From: Octopus sinensis | Taxonomy: Eukaryota | NCBI RefSeq assembly: GCF_006345805.1 | Contig: NC_043002.1 | Coordinates: forward strand, 37,200,001-37,264,000 | DNA: 64,000 nt | Direction: 5' to 3' | Shown: in pieces, positions 24,896-38,250 of the stretch | How positions within the stretch are numbered: the first letter of the stretch is position 1 | How the letters are laid out: every line of letters begins with the position of its first letter | The notes under the pieces: model-generated | Seen by the model: the letters and a program-made list of their open reading frames with translations, nothing else | Database searches by the model: none | What the model was told of the DNA's origin: nothing | Made by a program: the position numbers and the translations under genes

Positions 24896-25089
24896 ATGAT
24901 AGACAGTTAGCTCCTACATGCATTTTTTTCTCTCCTTGTTTCTTTTCTGTGTATCTTTCTGTCGAAGAGCGTAGGCTCGAAACGTAAAAGACTTGTTCTA
25001 TTTCTATTCCTGAGCGCCATACTAATAAATTTGTTTGTTTGTACTCCACCTGCCTTCGTCTTTTGTTTGTTTTCGTAAACCTTCCCGTT
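24896..25089 (+). mobile_element. Short hammerhead-bearing element, subfamily 2 (best-preserved fold)
   Basis: 24954-24991 reads UCUUU CUGUCGA A GAGC GUAG GCUC GAAAC GUA AAAGA. Confidence 0.65.
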
Positions 25090-25297
25090 ATTTTTTATTA
25101 AATATAGCTAGTATGGAAACTTTCTTATACCACCTTGTATATATATATAAAGAGGTTTGTTTCAGAGCTAAATAGTTCCAGGTTTAGCTCCCTGTGAAGT
25201 ACCTTAGGTATGTAACTTTTATAACTCAAATTTGACCAAAGTCTTGTGAGTGAAGATGGAAGCAGAAGAAGCCCATATATAAGTTTGTGCGCATATA

Positions 25298-25362
<65 letters not shown>

Positions 25363-25850
25363 CATACATACATACAAATATATATATTGATGTGTGAGTG
25401 CATACATACAAACGCACATATATATATATATATCCTTGTGTATATATATATGGTAGAATATATGTGTATTTCTATAATGTTGCCATGATATCATGCAATG
25501 GTAAAAATCTGTTTCAATGAATTCAGTCTGACCCACTTAAGCATATAATAGTGGACGTTAAAATGATGATGATAGTGATGAAAAGATTACAAGTATATAT
25601 ATATATGCAGGAAATAATAATGAAAAAACAATATGGAAGCTAAAGTGTAAGCAAAGGTAATTATTAGTTCGATGGTCAATAAGTGGTAAGTATATATAAA
25701 TATATATGTGTATATATATATATATATGTGTGTGTGTGTGCATGTGTGCGTGTATATACACACATACTCAAATATATGCATATATATACACATACATTCA
25801 TACACACATACTCACACATATATATACACACATGTATATACACACACATG

Positions 25851-25882
<32 letters not shown>

Positions 25883-26459
25883 TACATATATATATTTATG
25901 TACGTATATCTGTCTGGGTATATTGTGTGTACAAGTATGTATATTAATAGATATTAGCTGCGCATGTGCACACACACACTACACACACACACACACCAGA
26001 CACACACACACACACAAGTACACACTCCTTTTCATCTGAATGTACACCATTTGTGTATGTGTATATATGTACTGCATGTGTTTGTATGTATGGCTGAGTG
26101 TGTGTGTGTTTGTGCATATGTCTGTGTGTTTGTGTGTGTGTGTAAATTAATCAAAATATTATTGGATATTTGAAAAACAATGAATACATTTCTAGATATT
26201 ATGCGATAACGTGTGTGTACACAAATAGGAATTGTCAGCATGGATGTGTTGTATTTATGGCCATCATAGCTGGAACCATGACAGTGGTGACAGCAGTAAA
26301 GTGATTATAATAAAGAACTGTTGAGTCATAGAACATGGCAAAAACATCAAGAAATTTATGATGAAGAATATATACATGTACATAGATATTTATATATTTA
26401 TATATACAATTATGAGATATATATCATATATGTATATACTATATATATATATATATATA

Positions 26460-26810
26460 TCATCATCATCATCATCATCATCATCATCGTTTAACGTCCG
26501 CTTTCCATGCTAGCATGGGTTGGACGGTTCAACTGGGGTCTGGCAAGCTCGAAGGCTGCACCAGGCAAGTCAGATCTGGCAGTGTTTCTACAGCTGGATG
26601 CCCTTCCTAACGCCAACCACTCCGAGAGTGTAGTGGGTGATTTTATGTGCCACCGACACAGGTGCCAGGCGAGGCTGGCAGACGGCCATGCTCGGATGGT
26701 GTTTTTATGTGCCACCGACACAGGTGCCAGACGAGGCTGGCGAACGGCCAAGCTCGGATGGTGTTTGTTACGTGCCCTCAGCACGGAGGCCAGTCGATGC
26801 GGTACTGGCA
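26460..26810 (-). mobile_element. RTE-derived bipartite short element (family D) with (GAT)n tail and internal 62-bp tandem repeats
   Basis: ggttggcgttaggaagggcatccagctgtag middle and catggaaagcggacgttaaacgatgatgat 3' end. Other copies lie at ~11490-11740, 14770-15000, 21480-21610, 50960-51170, 53870-54090, 56380-56640, 59370-59600 and 60100-60280. Confidence 0.75.
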
Positions 26811-27099
26811 TATATATATATATATATATGTATATTATATATATATATATGTATATAATATATATGGTATTATATATGTCGTTGCTATTATGCAAAAGTG
26901 TCATAACTCTAAAACGTTTTTTTCAGAAAGTAGTTTCACCATTCCATTTCTCTTTATGTTAGCAACAGTTTCAGCTTAACAATAATACTTTGTTGGGCGC
27001 AGAAAATCGTAACTCCATGCATGTATGATATTTTCTGCCTGAAATATTTTTGCAAAACTGCGATATGTGGGACTTACTACACTTTTGAAAAATTGGAAA

Positions 27100-27290
27100 A
27101 TGGTGATCAATGATGTGGAGATACTTAGAAGTGGTAGTAGGGGTGTAGAATGGATGATTTTGCAAAGTTGTTTGAGGTCGAGGTGAACTTTTGGTGAGAA
27201 TGAATGATGAAAAATTTCCTAAGCAACTTTTGTATAGTGAGCTGGGAGACGTTAAGAAGCCAGCACATAAACCCTACACATTCTGAAAAA
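27100..27290 (+). mobile_element. RTE/BovB-like LINE C-terminal remnant
   Basis: NDVEILRSGSRGVEWMILQSCLR... followed after a frameshift by VRMNDEKFPKQLLYSELG, resembling the RTE VRM.D.R.PK.LLYGEL motif. Confidence 0.65.
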
Positions 27291-28859
27291 AAACCCAAAA
27301 AAAACGTGATCGTCATGGCTGGATTGTCTTTCAGCATAGCTTCATTTGATCAACATTAACTGGGGGCTAAACATCAACAATGTATAATACTGGCATTTCG
27401 TCTCAGATTTTTGGTTTGTTTTGGAGAGGAAAAGTCTGCAGCTTCAGCCAAGTTTTCAACGAATGATTTCACAGCTGGATCCCATTGCTCATGAGGATCA
27501 CAACCAGATGAATCAACAAGGTATTATTCAACCGACAAGGTGTTACCCATTATCATTGCAAGCAAATGTACTTAACATACAGTGGCTTACTTCACCAAAA
27601 TAAAAATATGCTGCAAAACAGCAGAAATCGGAGGAAGCTAGCGATTCTCTGTGACGGCAAAGAAGAATACAAATAATTCAGTGAAGGAAAGATAAATGGT
27701 TGTGTTGTTTAAGAAGCTTGGTTTGCTCTCACTGTGTGGCATCCTGGGAAAGTGATTTCTATGTATGGAATCGGTCAACACAAACTGTGCTAGAACTCAT
27801 TGTCTCTATACATAGATAGATAGATACATATATATATATATAAATATATGCATGCATATATGTGTGTGTATATGTGTGTATATAAGTATATACATATTTG
27901 TATATATATATGTGTGTGCATATATAAATATGTATATGTGTACATATATATGTGTGTGTAAGTGTATGTGTGTGCATGTGGCTGTGTGGTAAAAAGCTTG
28001 CTTTCCAACCTCATGGTTCTAGGTTCAATACCATGAAACCATGAGCAAGTGTCTTGTACTATAGCCTTGGGCCAACCAAAGTCTAAGAGTTGATTTCGTA
28101 GATGGAGACTGAAAGAAGCCTGTTGTGTGTGTGTGTGTATATTTATATATGTATATAAAATACAAAATGGGACAAGAACACAAAACATCCGGACATATAT
28201 ATATATATATATACATATATACATGTGTGTGTGCATGTATATGTGTGTGTGTGTGAATGTGTCTTCATGTCTGTATTTGTCCCTCACCACCAGCTCGACA
28301 ACTGGTGTTTGTGTGCTTACTGTTGACAAAGGAGACCGATAGAATAAGTACCAAACTTAGCAAACGAATAAAAAAAAATATAAGTGCTGGGGTCAGTACC
28401 TTTAGCTAAAAGCCCACCAAGACAAGTGTTCAGTGTGGTTGTAACCCAGTGACTGAAACAGGTAAATCAATAACAGAGTAGCATTAATTCTATACCACAA
28501 AGCAGTAGAAATCTAATGTAAAGATTTAACTATGCTGCCTAGGGAGTTTACATTTATTTCATCACAGTCATAAGTGGGAGCATTGAAAAATTGTTCAGTA
28601 TCTCATTAACTTACAATTCTGAACTTAAATAACAATCACAGATTGGAAGAAAGCATTAAAAAAGACTACTTTAGTGCATTCTGCATTAAATTATTATATA
28701 AAGTGGACGTATTGAGCGGTGCTCTAATGAACCAAGGAATTCCTAGATCTAATTTATCATTAATCTGTTATAAAATGAAACTGTTTTCTCCTGTAGGAAA
28801 ATGAATTCTGTTAAGCTTGACAGCATATTTGATTTAACCAAAAATACTTATACTATGAT

Positions 28860-28990
28860 GAATACACACACACACAAACACTTATATATATGTATATATA
28901 TATATGCATGCTTGTGTATGAATATGTATGTATTTATATATATATATGTATATATATATATGCATGCTTGTGTATGAATATGTATGTATT

Positions 28991-29022
<32 letters not shown>

Positions 29023-29465
29023 TGTACATATACATATATATTATGTATATATATATACATACATATATATGAATGTATACATGTATGTATATGTATATAT
29101 AATATGTATATGTATATAAAAGATATATCAATATATATATATATATGTGTGTGTGTATACATGTATGTATATGTATATATAATATATGTATATAAAAGAT
29201 ATATCAATATATATATATATATGTGTGTGTATACATGTATGTATATGTATATATAATATGTATATGCATATAAAAGATATATCAATATATATATATACAT
29301 ATACATACATACAGATATACATATATACATACATATATATATACATACATATATATATATACATACATATACATACATACATACATATATACATACATAC
29401 ATACATACATATATACATACATACATATATACATACATACATACATACATACATACATACATACA

Positions 29466-29512
<47 letters not shown>

Positions 29513-29560
29513 GTAGATACATACGCATACATGTACATGTGTGTGTATATGTGTATACTC
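28860..29560. repeat. Long compound TA/TACA microsatellite with higher-order repetition
   Basis: Seen directly. Similar compound arrays lie at 140-475, 2245-2660, 5640-5880, 6150-6700, 9730-10030, 25270-26150, 49955-50115 and 50545-50760. Confidence 0.9.
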
Positions 29561-30064
29561 AGAAACCAATATTAAACACTCAACACCAATAATGATTTAA
29601 AAAAAAAAAATTACTTATAGTTGTACTCGGAAGAACATTTCTGCTTCTCATGAAATATAGTATAAGCTTCATTAAGTTTGGCTGTCAATGGAGACAAAAT
29701 CTGGCTGATGATCAACTCATAGAAACTGCTGTAGTTTAGGCATCCATAGACTGATTCATGAGCATTTGTTATGAAAATATTGCTTAATAAAATTTTTGGT
29801 AGTTAATATATAATGTTCGTTTTAGAATATAATATTTAATTCCACTGTACTCTTTTACTTATTTCAGTCATTTGACTGCAGCCATGTTGGAGCACCACCT
29901 TTAGTCAAGCAAATCAACCTCAGGACTTATTCTTTGTAAGCCTAATACTTATTCTATCGGTCTCTTTTGCCGGATTGCTAAGTTATGGGGACGCAAACAC
30001 ACCAGCATCGCTTGTCATGTCAAGTGATGTTGGGGGGAACAAACACACACACACAAACATATAT

Positions 30065-30125
<61 letters not shown>

Positions 30126-30356
30126 AATATACGACGGGATTTCCGTCTATCAAATTCACTCACAAGGTTTTGGTCGGCCCGAGGCTATAGTAGAAGACAC
30201 TTGCCCAAGGTGCCATGCAGTGGGACTGAACCCGGAACCATGTGGTTCGTAAGCAAGCTACTTACCACACAGCCACTCCTACGCCTATATGTATTTTTGG
30301 CACAAATCAAACATAGCACTATGTCATACAGATTTATTGCAGAGAAACACAGTCAA

Positions 30357-30567
30357 CTCTTTTAGCATTTAAACCAGCCATATCCGGCGAAAATATTCCT
30401 CCTGTTTTATGTTCAAACCAACCAGATCTACCCTTTCACACCTACCCTACAATGTCATTCTAGAAATATACAATCATGTTGAAATCTAAAAGAGACAATG
30501 CATTATGAATTCAAAACAATGTGAATAAATAAACATTATATTTGACAGTAATCTCAATGCTAAAGAG
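30357..30567. mobile_element. Second TTAA-type MITE
   Basis: tcaa|ctcttttagcatt ... aatgctaaagag|ttaa; TIR core differs from the 23.4 kb MITE. Confidence 0.65.
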
Positions 30568-30584
30568 TTAAATTAATAAAAATT

Positions 30585-30855
30585 AAACAATTGCAGCGTG
30601 GAAGGTGTTTATAAGCCATTTAAGAAATACACAAAAACTGTTAGATTCACTTCAACATTAAATTTGTCAAAATATTTTCATCGCTTTGAGACCGTGACCT
30701 GTTCACTGACAAAATTCCGTGCTATCAGTGAACAGGTCACGGTCTCAAAGCACTGAAAATATTTTGACAAATTAAATTTAAATGTTGAAGTGAATCTAAT
30801 GGTTTTTGTGTGTTCCTTAAATGGCTTATAAACACCTTCTATGCTGCAATTGTTT
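30585..30855. repeat. Long inverted repeat (125/131-bp arms, 15-nt spacer)
   Basis: Left arm 30585-30709 and right arm 30725-30855 are near-perfect reverse complements. Confidence 0.9.
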
Positions 30856-31377
30856 TTTTCCAGCACACGATCTCAGATAAGGTCCCTTGTGATGCAAGTA
30901 CATCTCCATAATTAATAAAAATTAAAATTCAGAAAAGTGTGAGAAAACTGAGGCCAGTTTGAGGTCCACAAAAGTTATGCACTGACGTTCATGAGTTTGG
31001 ATATTTTACAGGACTAATTCTTCATTTGAGGCAGAGACAACGAAATGTCATTTTTTTTTCCTTTTCTAAAGTGACAGTACTGAAATGTCCTTATCTTTTT
31101 TCATTCTGATATGTCATACAAACTTATCTAATTTACAAACTCAAATGAGGTGCTGCAATTGCTTTTGTTAGAAAGTAGAAAGCCTCAATCAATTCTGGTC
31201 AAAAAAATCATGTGGTATCAGTAGTGGTGAATCCCATTCTTCCATAGTTATTCATCAATTCATTACACTACCCATATGAAATGACTGATGAGTGTCTATG
31301 CAATCAAAGACATGCTTATGCTGGTTATAGTACTTTAACAACACTTTTTATAAAACAAATACTGTAAGATTAAACAA

Positions 31378-32190
31378 CTACTTGTTGATTTGGGGATGAC
31401 ATTTGACAGCATAGTACATTCAGTAATTTGGTGGTCATTAAGGAAAGTAAGTATGAAAGAATTGCTTGTGAGGGCTGTATAAAGTATGTACCACAATGCA
31501 GTAAGTAAAGTGAGAGTCAACGACAATTTCAGTGAAAAATTTGATATGAAGGTAGGAGTCCATGAAAATGTAGCCGTCAATTCTCTCCTATTCATCATAG
31601 CCCTATAGGCCATCACAAAGGACTGGATGTCTGTGTGAACTCATATTTTGATGACCTTGTTTTCATAGGAGAATTAGAGAAGATGAATCTAGGATCAAAT
31701 TGCCTCAAGGTAATCTTAGCAAAAGCTTAGTTTTAATAAGTAAAAAAGAAGACAAGACCTTGGTAACTTCAGGGAAATGGCCTTGCTTAATATGCAGAAA
31801 AAATGTCGGTATAAACCCCATATACTGTACCCAATGTAAGCTATGGACATACAAGAGGTTTCATTGAATCATAGGCTTATGTAAGATAGTAAGTATCATA
31901 TATTTTTGAAGCTTATTCAGTGGAGCAATATGTACTATGAGAACATCAGAAGTAAATGTTCAGATAGCTCACTAGAAGTAGTCAATAGCTTTTGTTACTT
32001 AGAATATGTAGTTTGCAAGGGAGATAAATGATCTGCAAAAATAGCAGCCTGTGTAAGAACAGGTTGGAAAAAGTTCAGAGAGCTTCTACTATTACTGGTA
32101 ACAAAAGTTTCTTCTTTCCACAGAGTGAAGAGAAAATTGTATGATGCTTGTGTCAGAACTGTGATGCTGCAGGGTAATGAGATAAGGGCC
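31378..32190 (+). pseudogene. Degraded RTE-clade LINE reverse transcriptase fragment
   Basis: LVDLGMTFDSIVHSVIWWSLRKVSMKELLVRAV*SMY...KVGVHENVAVNSLLFIIAL...DDL resembles FVDLEKAFD..WW.LRK..GVHQGS.LSPLLF..YADD; multiple stops and frameshifts. Confidence 0.85.
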
Positions 32191-32287
32191 TATAAGATAC
32201 TAGCAGTTCTGCTCACATCAAATCATGTCAAACCATCCAGTCTATGCCAGCAGGGAACATGGACATTAAATGATGATGATGATGATG

Positions 32288-32329
<42 letters not shown>

Positions 32330-34499
32330 TTAAATATTAAAACTTGAAAATAAAGACCTTAATGATTTTTGTGTGCAAGTACTTTTGGTTGTCATCATCT
32401 TTTCAAACATATAGTATAAACCAGCATTTTCTTTGCTGTTGATATGAATTATCATTTCTTTGGTGTTGGTGAAATATTTCAGATAGTGTGACTGTATAAA
32501 GAGCTTGAGCAAAGCACTACAGTCTACTCAATTGCAACGATTTCTAGTGGAGTGCTAGTACTCATTACAGAACCTGGCAGAGTAGGGTGCTGTAATGCAT
32601 TGCAGTTGGCCTCCTACCTTCCATCTGTCACATCATGGATTTTCCACACAGATGATACATGTTTGTTTTTAACTATGTAAATGCTTAAAACAATTAACGT
32701 AAGCAATGTTACCCTCCATACTCACTCATGAGTGACAGCTGGCTGTACTTATATTCTGTCAATTTGTCTGTCTGCCTGTCCATACACACGTATATATGTG
32801 TATGTATGTATGTATGTATGTATGTATGTATGTACGTATGCATGCATGTATGTATGTAAACATATATTACTTCCATACATAAATAATCTAAAAATTTGAC
32901 CAAGCTAGCAGGTGAGCAATTAATACTTTTGTTATTGACTTCTAAAAGATGAAAGATACTTCTTTCTTTTATTATAATACCATTCACTTCTAGGATGCCT
33001 TATAGGAATATTAAATCCTGTTTATTTTATCGACCGTAGAAGGTTGAAAGACAAAGTTGACCTTGGTAGGAAACTGAGAACTTTGAAGACAATAACTAAA
33101 TACTGCAGGCATTTTGTCCGATGCTCTAAAGATTTTGCCAAGCCACCAGATGGCTATACAAGTTTTCATTACAGAATCTTAAGTATATAGACACAGCATA
33201 ATTTAATTTTCCCAACTAGACAAAAGCCTACACATCTAAACACCAACCCATTTAAAATTAATGTGGTTCATAAAACAACTATCATTAATTGAACAGAGTA
33301 GTTTAAATACTTGGCTAACGAACAATACCCATAAAATAAATCGTTTGTTCATGTGCCATTTCATGTATTTAGACTGAAAGCCTATGTTTCCAGATCAAAA
33401 TAAAAATTACCATACATTGACAGAAAGAAAAAAGAAAAGAAAAGTAGTTAGATTCAGTGTTGGAATCAAAAAATGTGAGTATGATTTCAGCCTAAATATT
33501 TCTTGGAGGTTTCCTTTTAATTCTATCTGTATCTTATTCAGGAATGTGTAAAGAGATTTTCTGGCTTGCTGGCTTAGAAAAAAAAAAGTCACTGATGTTT
33601 AATTATTTCCTATATGATTTTAAAACAAATTTCTGTACAAAACAGAATTATATGGAAACAGAGAAAAATTCATGCTCAATTTTTGATCATTGTAATGTAT
33701 AAGAATGTACATACTGATGGTTTCCAATTATGAAACGATCTTTGCATCATTTCCCCAGTTACTTCAGCATGGAATAGGTGTGGGTGGATGCATTTACTGA
33801 AGCCAGTGTTGATGACATAAACATCAACAAGACTGAAGTTTGTTTTATGAATGCCTTTATGGAAAATGACAAATCTCATAAAAGACAAAGCTGGGAGGGA
33901 ATTAAGGAAGTGATAGATGAACAATTTTTTCTTACTATTTCACCAATGAGTCTTTGTACACACACACACACACACACACACACGTACATATGTACAAACA
34001 CACATATATAAATGTAGATATAAATGTACATATATGTATGTATATGAATATACATATATATACACATACACATATATGTATATACACACACACTCATACC
34101 TATATGTTTAGTAACATAAACACATATTTATGCATAATATGTATATGCACACATGTACACACGTGTACACACTCATGCACACATACCTTTAAGATTTATT
34201 TTTCTTGTATGATATGGTATGAATTGCTGATAGCCAAATTATTTCGTTTTCTCTTAAATATTCTCAGAATAAAGAATAACGAAAAACCAAAAAAAAAAAA
34301 AAAGCAAAGAAAAGATGAGGAAAGAACTAAACATTGTATTAGTCTTTGGGGATAAGTAAGAAGAGATTGTTATGCAAAAAAAACCCTTAAAAACAAGCAT
34401 GAAAAATATATGAAAGAAAAGCCGCTATTAATCTTTATTGTTTATGCTTCTTTGCTGTTTATGGAACCTTAAATGGAAGCAATATGTTTGTGCATGTGT

Positions 34500-34537
<38 letters not shown>

Positions 34538-36360
34538 ACAAATATGCATTAAGAGGGGAGGAAAAACGCAATGGTCTATTATAATCCCATGGTTTGAAAC
34601 CTTATGGCCAGGCAAAGGTCTATAAATTAGTTCACTTCAAAACCTTATGAGAAAGACAAAACCTATAAACCGTTGGTTTATGAAGTTTGCAGGAACGATG
34701 AAGGTTTCCTGACAAGAATCCTCAAAGTCTTTAATAGCAAGACACTATTTATATTGCTCTTTACATTGAAATATTTCATGAAACAGCATGATAGCAGGTA
34801 AGCTTAGTAGGGAATGAATGCAATATATATATATATAAAATATATGCACGCACATTGTACATACATACACACTCATGCACACACGTATCCATATATAAAT
34901 GTTATTACTTGGTTGAGCTATAAGCCTTCAAGGTTGAAATAACAATATCTAAAATCAAGTTGATAGGATTTGGTGAGTGAAAGCTGTGTACGAGCTCTTC
35001 AAAGATCAGCTGGTTTAACACACTGCCTGGACCTTGGAAGCCTTTAGCAAGTCTATTGTATTACATGTATTCAGTTCAAGTCCCTAGACAGAATGTAATT
35101 TCCTTTCCTTTCCTCTCACCAGTGTTGGAATCCCTAGAAAATGGTTCTGGAGGCTGCTTTTCCTTCTTTGATTAACCAATACAAACAAAATTATTTTGAA
35201 GGTGGTTGTTAAAGGTTTGGGGATAATTGTGTAGCTGATAAATGGTTTAGCAACACTAGTGGCAGTGATGGTTGATGGTTGTTACTTAGCCTTTCCAAGC
35301 AGACTTATGATCAAAGATATCCCTACAAAAATCATACCAACATTTTCCTATATGTAGGAAACCCAAGATCTCACTAACTACAATTGTATTTATGAAGCAC
35401 GAAAAATACATACATAAGTTTGGCCACAGCTATGTTTCAAGGTTTGGATTAATAGCTAAGGCCAGAAGAAGAGGCATCAAATATTAACTTATGGTAGGTT
35501 GGTCCTGTGATAAGTAATCACCATATCAAGTTTTTAATCAGAATTTGTGAAGGCGTGTGGCCTAGTAGTTAGGATGTTGAACTCATGATCATAAGGTTGT
35601 GGTTTCGATTCCTGGAGCGGGTGATGCGTTGTGTTCTTGAGCAAAATACTTCATTTCATGTTGCTCCAGTCCACTCAGCTGGCAAAAACAAGTAATCCTG
35701 CGATGGACTGGTGTCCCATCCAGATGGGGAGTTTCTACGCCACTGAAACTGGGAAACTGGCCCTTATGAGCCTGGCTTGGCTCGAGAAGGAACATTTATT
35801 AATCAGAATTAAATTACTTGGCCTGATATTTTGTGTATGTAAGTTAAAAATGGGTGATGGGGTGTTGACTCATAGAAAGGGGACATTAATAAAGTTTTCG
35901 TAAAAGAAAAGAGGTGATAGTTAAAAATCTAGCACTTCTCTAAACAAAGCCATAACCTGATTTCTTGCAACAGAATGAACTCCACTAAAGGTACCCGAAA
36001 GTAGTGTTCAATAGGCAATAGATGAAGTCTACCACTACCAACCACTACCACCACAAAGGTATGGAAATGATAATTCCAGTAGTAATTTGGGTACTTGTAT
36101 CTTTTGAAACGGAGAGAATTTACACTAGAATAGTTAATATCTTGCATCTCTATGGTTTCTTAGATAAAGTTATATTAAAAGAAAAAAAATTAATGGAATG
36201 GAATTTAACTGAAATCCTAATAGCAAAATTAATTTGTGGGGCTTTAACTTAGGAATTACCTGATCTATTTTGGCAGTCAGAATTGTTTTTGTAGAAAGTG
36301 TTTCAGTGAATTGGAAGGTAAAAGGTGAGAACAAGAGTTGAGGTCTGTGGTGGGAAAGAG

Positions 36361-36413
<53 letters not shown>

Positions 36414-37711
36414 TAACTAAATGGTAGTGTAACGTATTAGAACAACGTAGTAAACAGCAAAGAAAATGGAGATAGAACTCAGCCAATGGTCAATGGATGC
36501 CAAAATTACATTGAAATTGGCACTTAATGAGTCAGTACAGAAGATCTAAACATTGTTTGTAATGATGAGTTTCATTTTTTGCCAATCAATTTCTCCTCAA
36601 AGAACGAAAGAAAGAAAATTGCCACCATTACTACTACTACTACTACTACTACTACTATTCTTCTTATTATTATTACTACTATAATGATCATCATCATTAT
36701 CATCTAAACCATCTCCTACAAGCCTCACTATTAACCTATGCTCACCCCACCACCAATACCATGACCACCACCACTACCACCACCACCACCAACATCATCA
36801 CCATTACCAGCTACATCATCACAGTTGTTTACCCTTCAATACCATAATCACAACTTTAGTTTCAATTGTATTAATTTTACATATTTTGTTTGTTTGTTTT
36901 TGTTTCCTCTTATTCTCTTACTCTTCTTCATTAACCCTTTGCCATTGCAAATAAGATTATGCTTAAACCTTTCTAAATGCCTTTTATAGATTTCTCTCTC
37001 TCTAACCTCCCTCCACCCATTCCCATAATTATCATTATTAAATGAATTACACTTTTCTATAGAACATTGCCAAATTATCAAGTTTCTTTTCTCTTTTATC
37101 ATTTCCATTTTGGCTACCTTCTCATCCATCTCTTTTTGTAATGTAACCCTCGCAGACACTTAAACACTTTATCTTATACCATAATCTCAAGAAGTAATGG
37201 ACTATTTCCTCTACTGAAGCATGCACTTTTGAAAAATGTTAAAATAAATGATTCCAAATGATGACATTTTCCCCTCTTATACATTGTGAAATAATAATGA
37301 TTTCTTTTTAATTAACACAATGAAATAATACTGATTGTGTTTTAATTAATACTGTGAAATAATCATGATTTTTGTGCAGTTAAGAAGTTTAGTTCACTAT
37401 TATGTAGGTTCCACATTTGTTCTCACCATTTGGTAACTTTGGCACATACCTTCAATGGTAGTCTCATGAGATATACATCTGTCTATCAGTCTAAGTATGT
37501 TTTTTTGTGTATGTGTACATGTGTATTTAATTTGGCATAACCAGAGCTTTGAGTTGGGTCTCTTTTAATCAAAAGGTAACTTAATTAACTACTATCTTCC
37601 TCATTTGATAAAAATTTGAAAAACTCAACTGATTTCCATAAATAAATAAATTTAAAATTAAAATTCAATAATACCCTTGATGAAATCTATTAAGATTGAA
37701 ATATTTTTAGG

Positions 37712-38250
37712 CAAGACAGCGAGCTGGCAGAATCGTTAGCACACAGGGCAAGATGCTTAACAGTATTTCACCTGTCATTATATTCTGAGTTCAAATTCCG
37801 CCAAGGTCGACTTTGCCTCTCATTCTTTCAGGGTCGATAAAATAAGTACCAGCTGAACACTGGAGTTGATGTAACTGATTCATCCTCACCTCTCCCAGTG
37901 GAGGCACATGGCCTAGTGGTTAGAGCAGCGGACTTGCGGTCGAGGGATCGCTGGCTTGAATCTCAGACATGACGATGTGTGTGTTTATGAGTGAAACATC
38001 TAAGCTCCACGCAGCTCCAGCAGAAGGTAATGGCAAACTTCTGCTGACTCTTTCGCCACAACTTTCTCAATACTCTTTCCTCCTGCATCTTGCAGCTCAC
38101 CTACAATGGACCAGCGTCCCATCCAGGTGGGGAACTTATATGCCAAGCAAATTGGGAAACCGGCCCTTATGAGCCAGGCATGGCTCAAGAAGGAACAAAC
38201 AACACCTCTCCCAAGCTGCCTTTGTGACAAAAATTTGAAACAACAATAAT
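37712..38250 (+). mobile_element. Meta-like SINE interrupted by a family C SINE (11-bp TSD)
   Basis: TSD cacctctccca at 37887-37897 and 38203-38213; the Meta-like tail resumes at 38214. Confidence 0.75.

Noticed and set aside
26641-26770. Full HDV-like ribozyme or CRISPR-like array in the 62-bp repeats
   Set aside because: No P1 partner or nested double pseudoknot could be assigned. The units are contiguous without unique spacers, in a eukaryotic context.
144-29575. Numerous YI/CV/HT-rich ORFs across the track
   Set aside because: Products of TA, CA and TACA microsatellites that lack stop codons.
33778-33950. ORF MWVDAFTEASVDDININKTEVCF... as a possible exon or transposase piece
   Set aside because: No recognisable motif or convincing splice sites, and it runs into a CA repeat. 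BLASTx would be needed.
37899-37970. tRNA-like sequence with A and B boxes
   Set aside because: No closing acceptor stem; it continues into a SINE body with a TSD, so it is a SINE head and not a tRNA gene.
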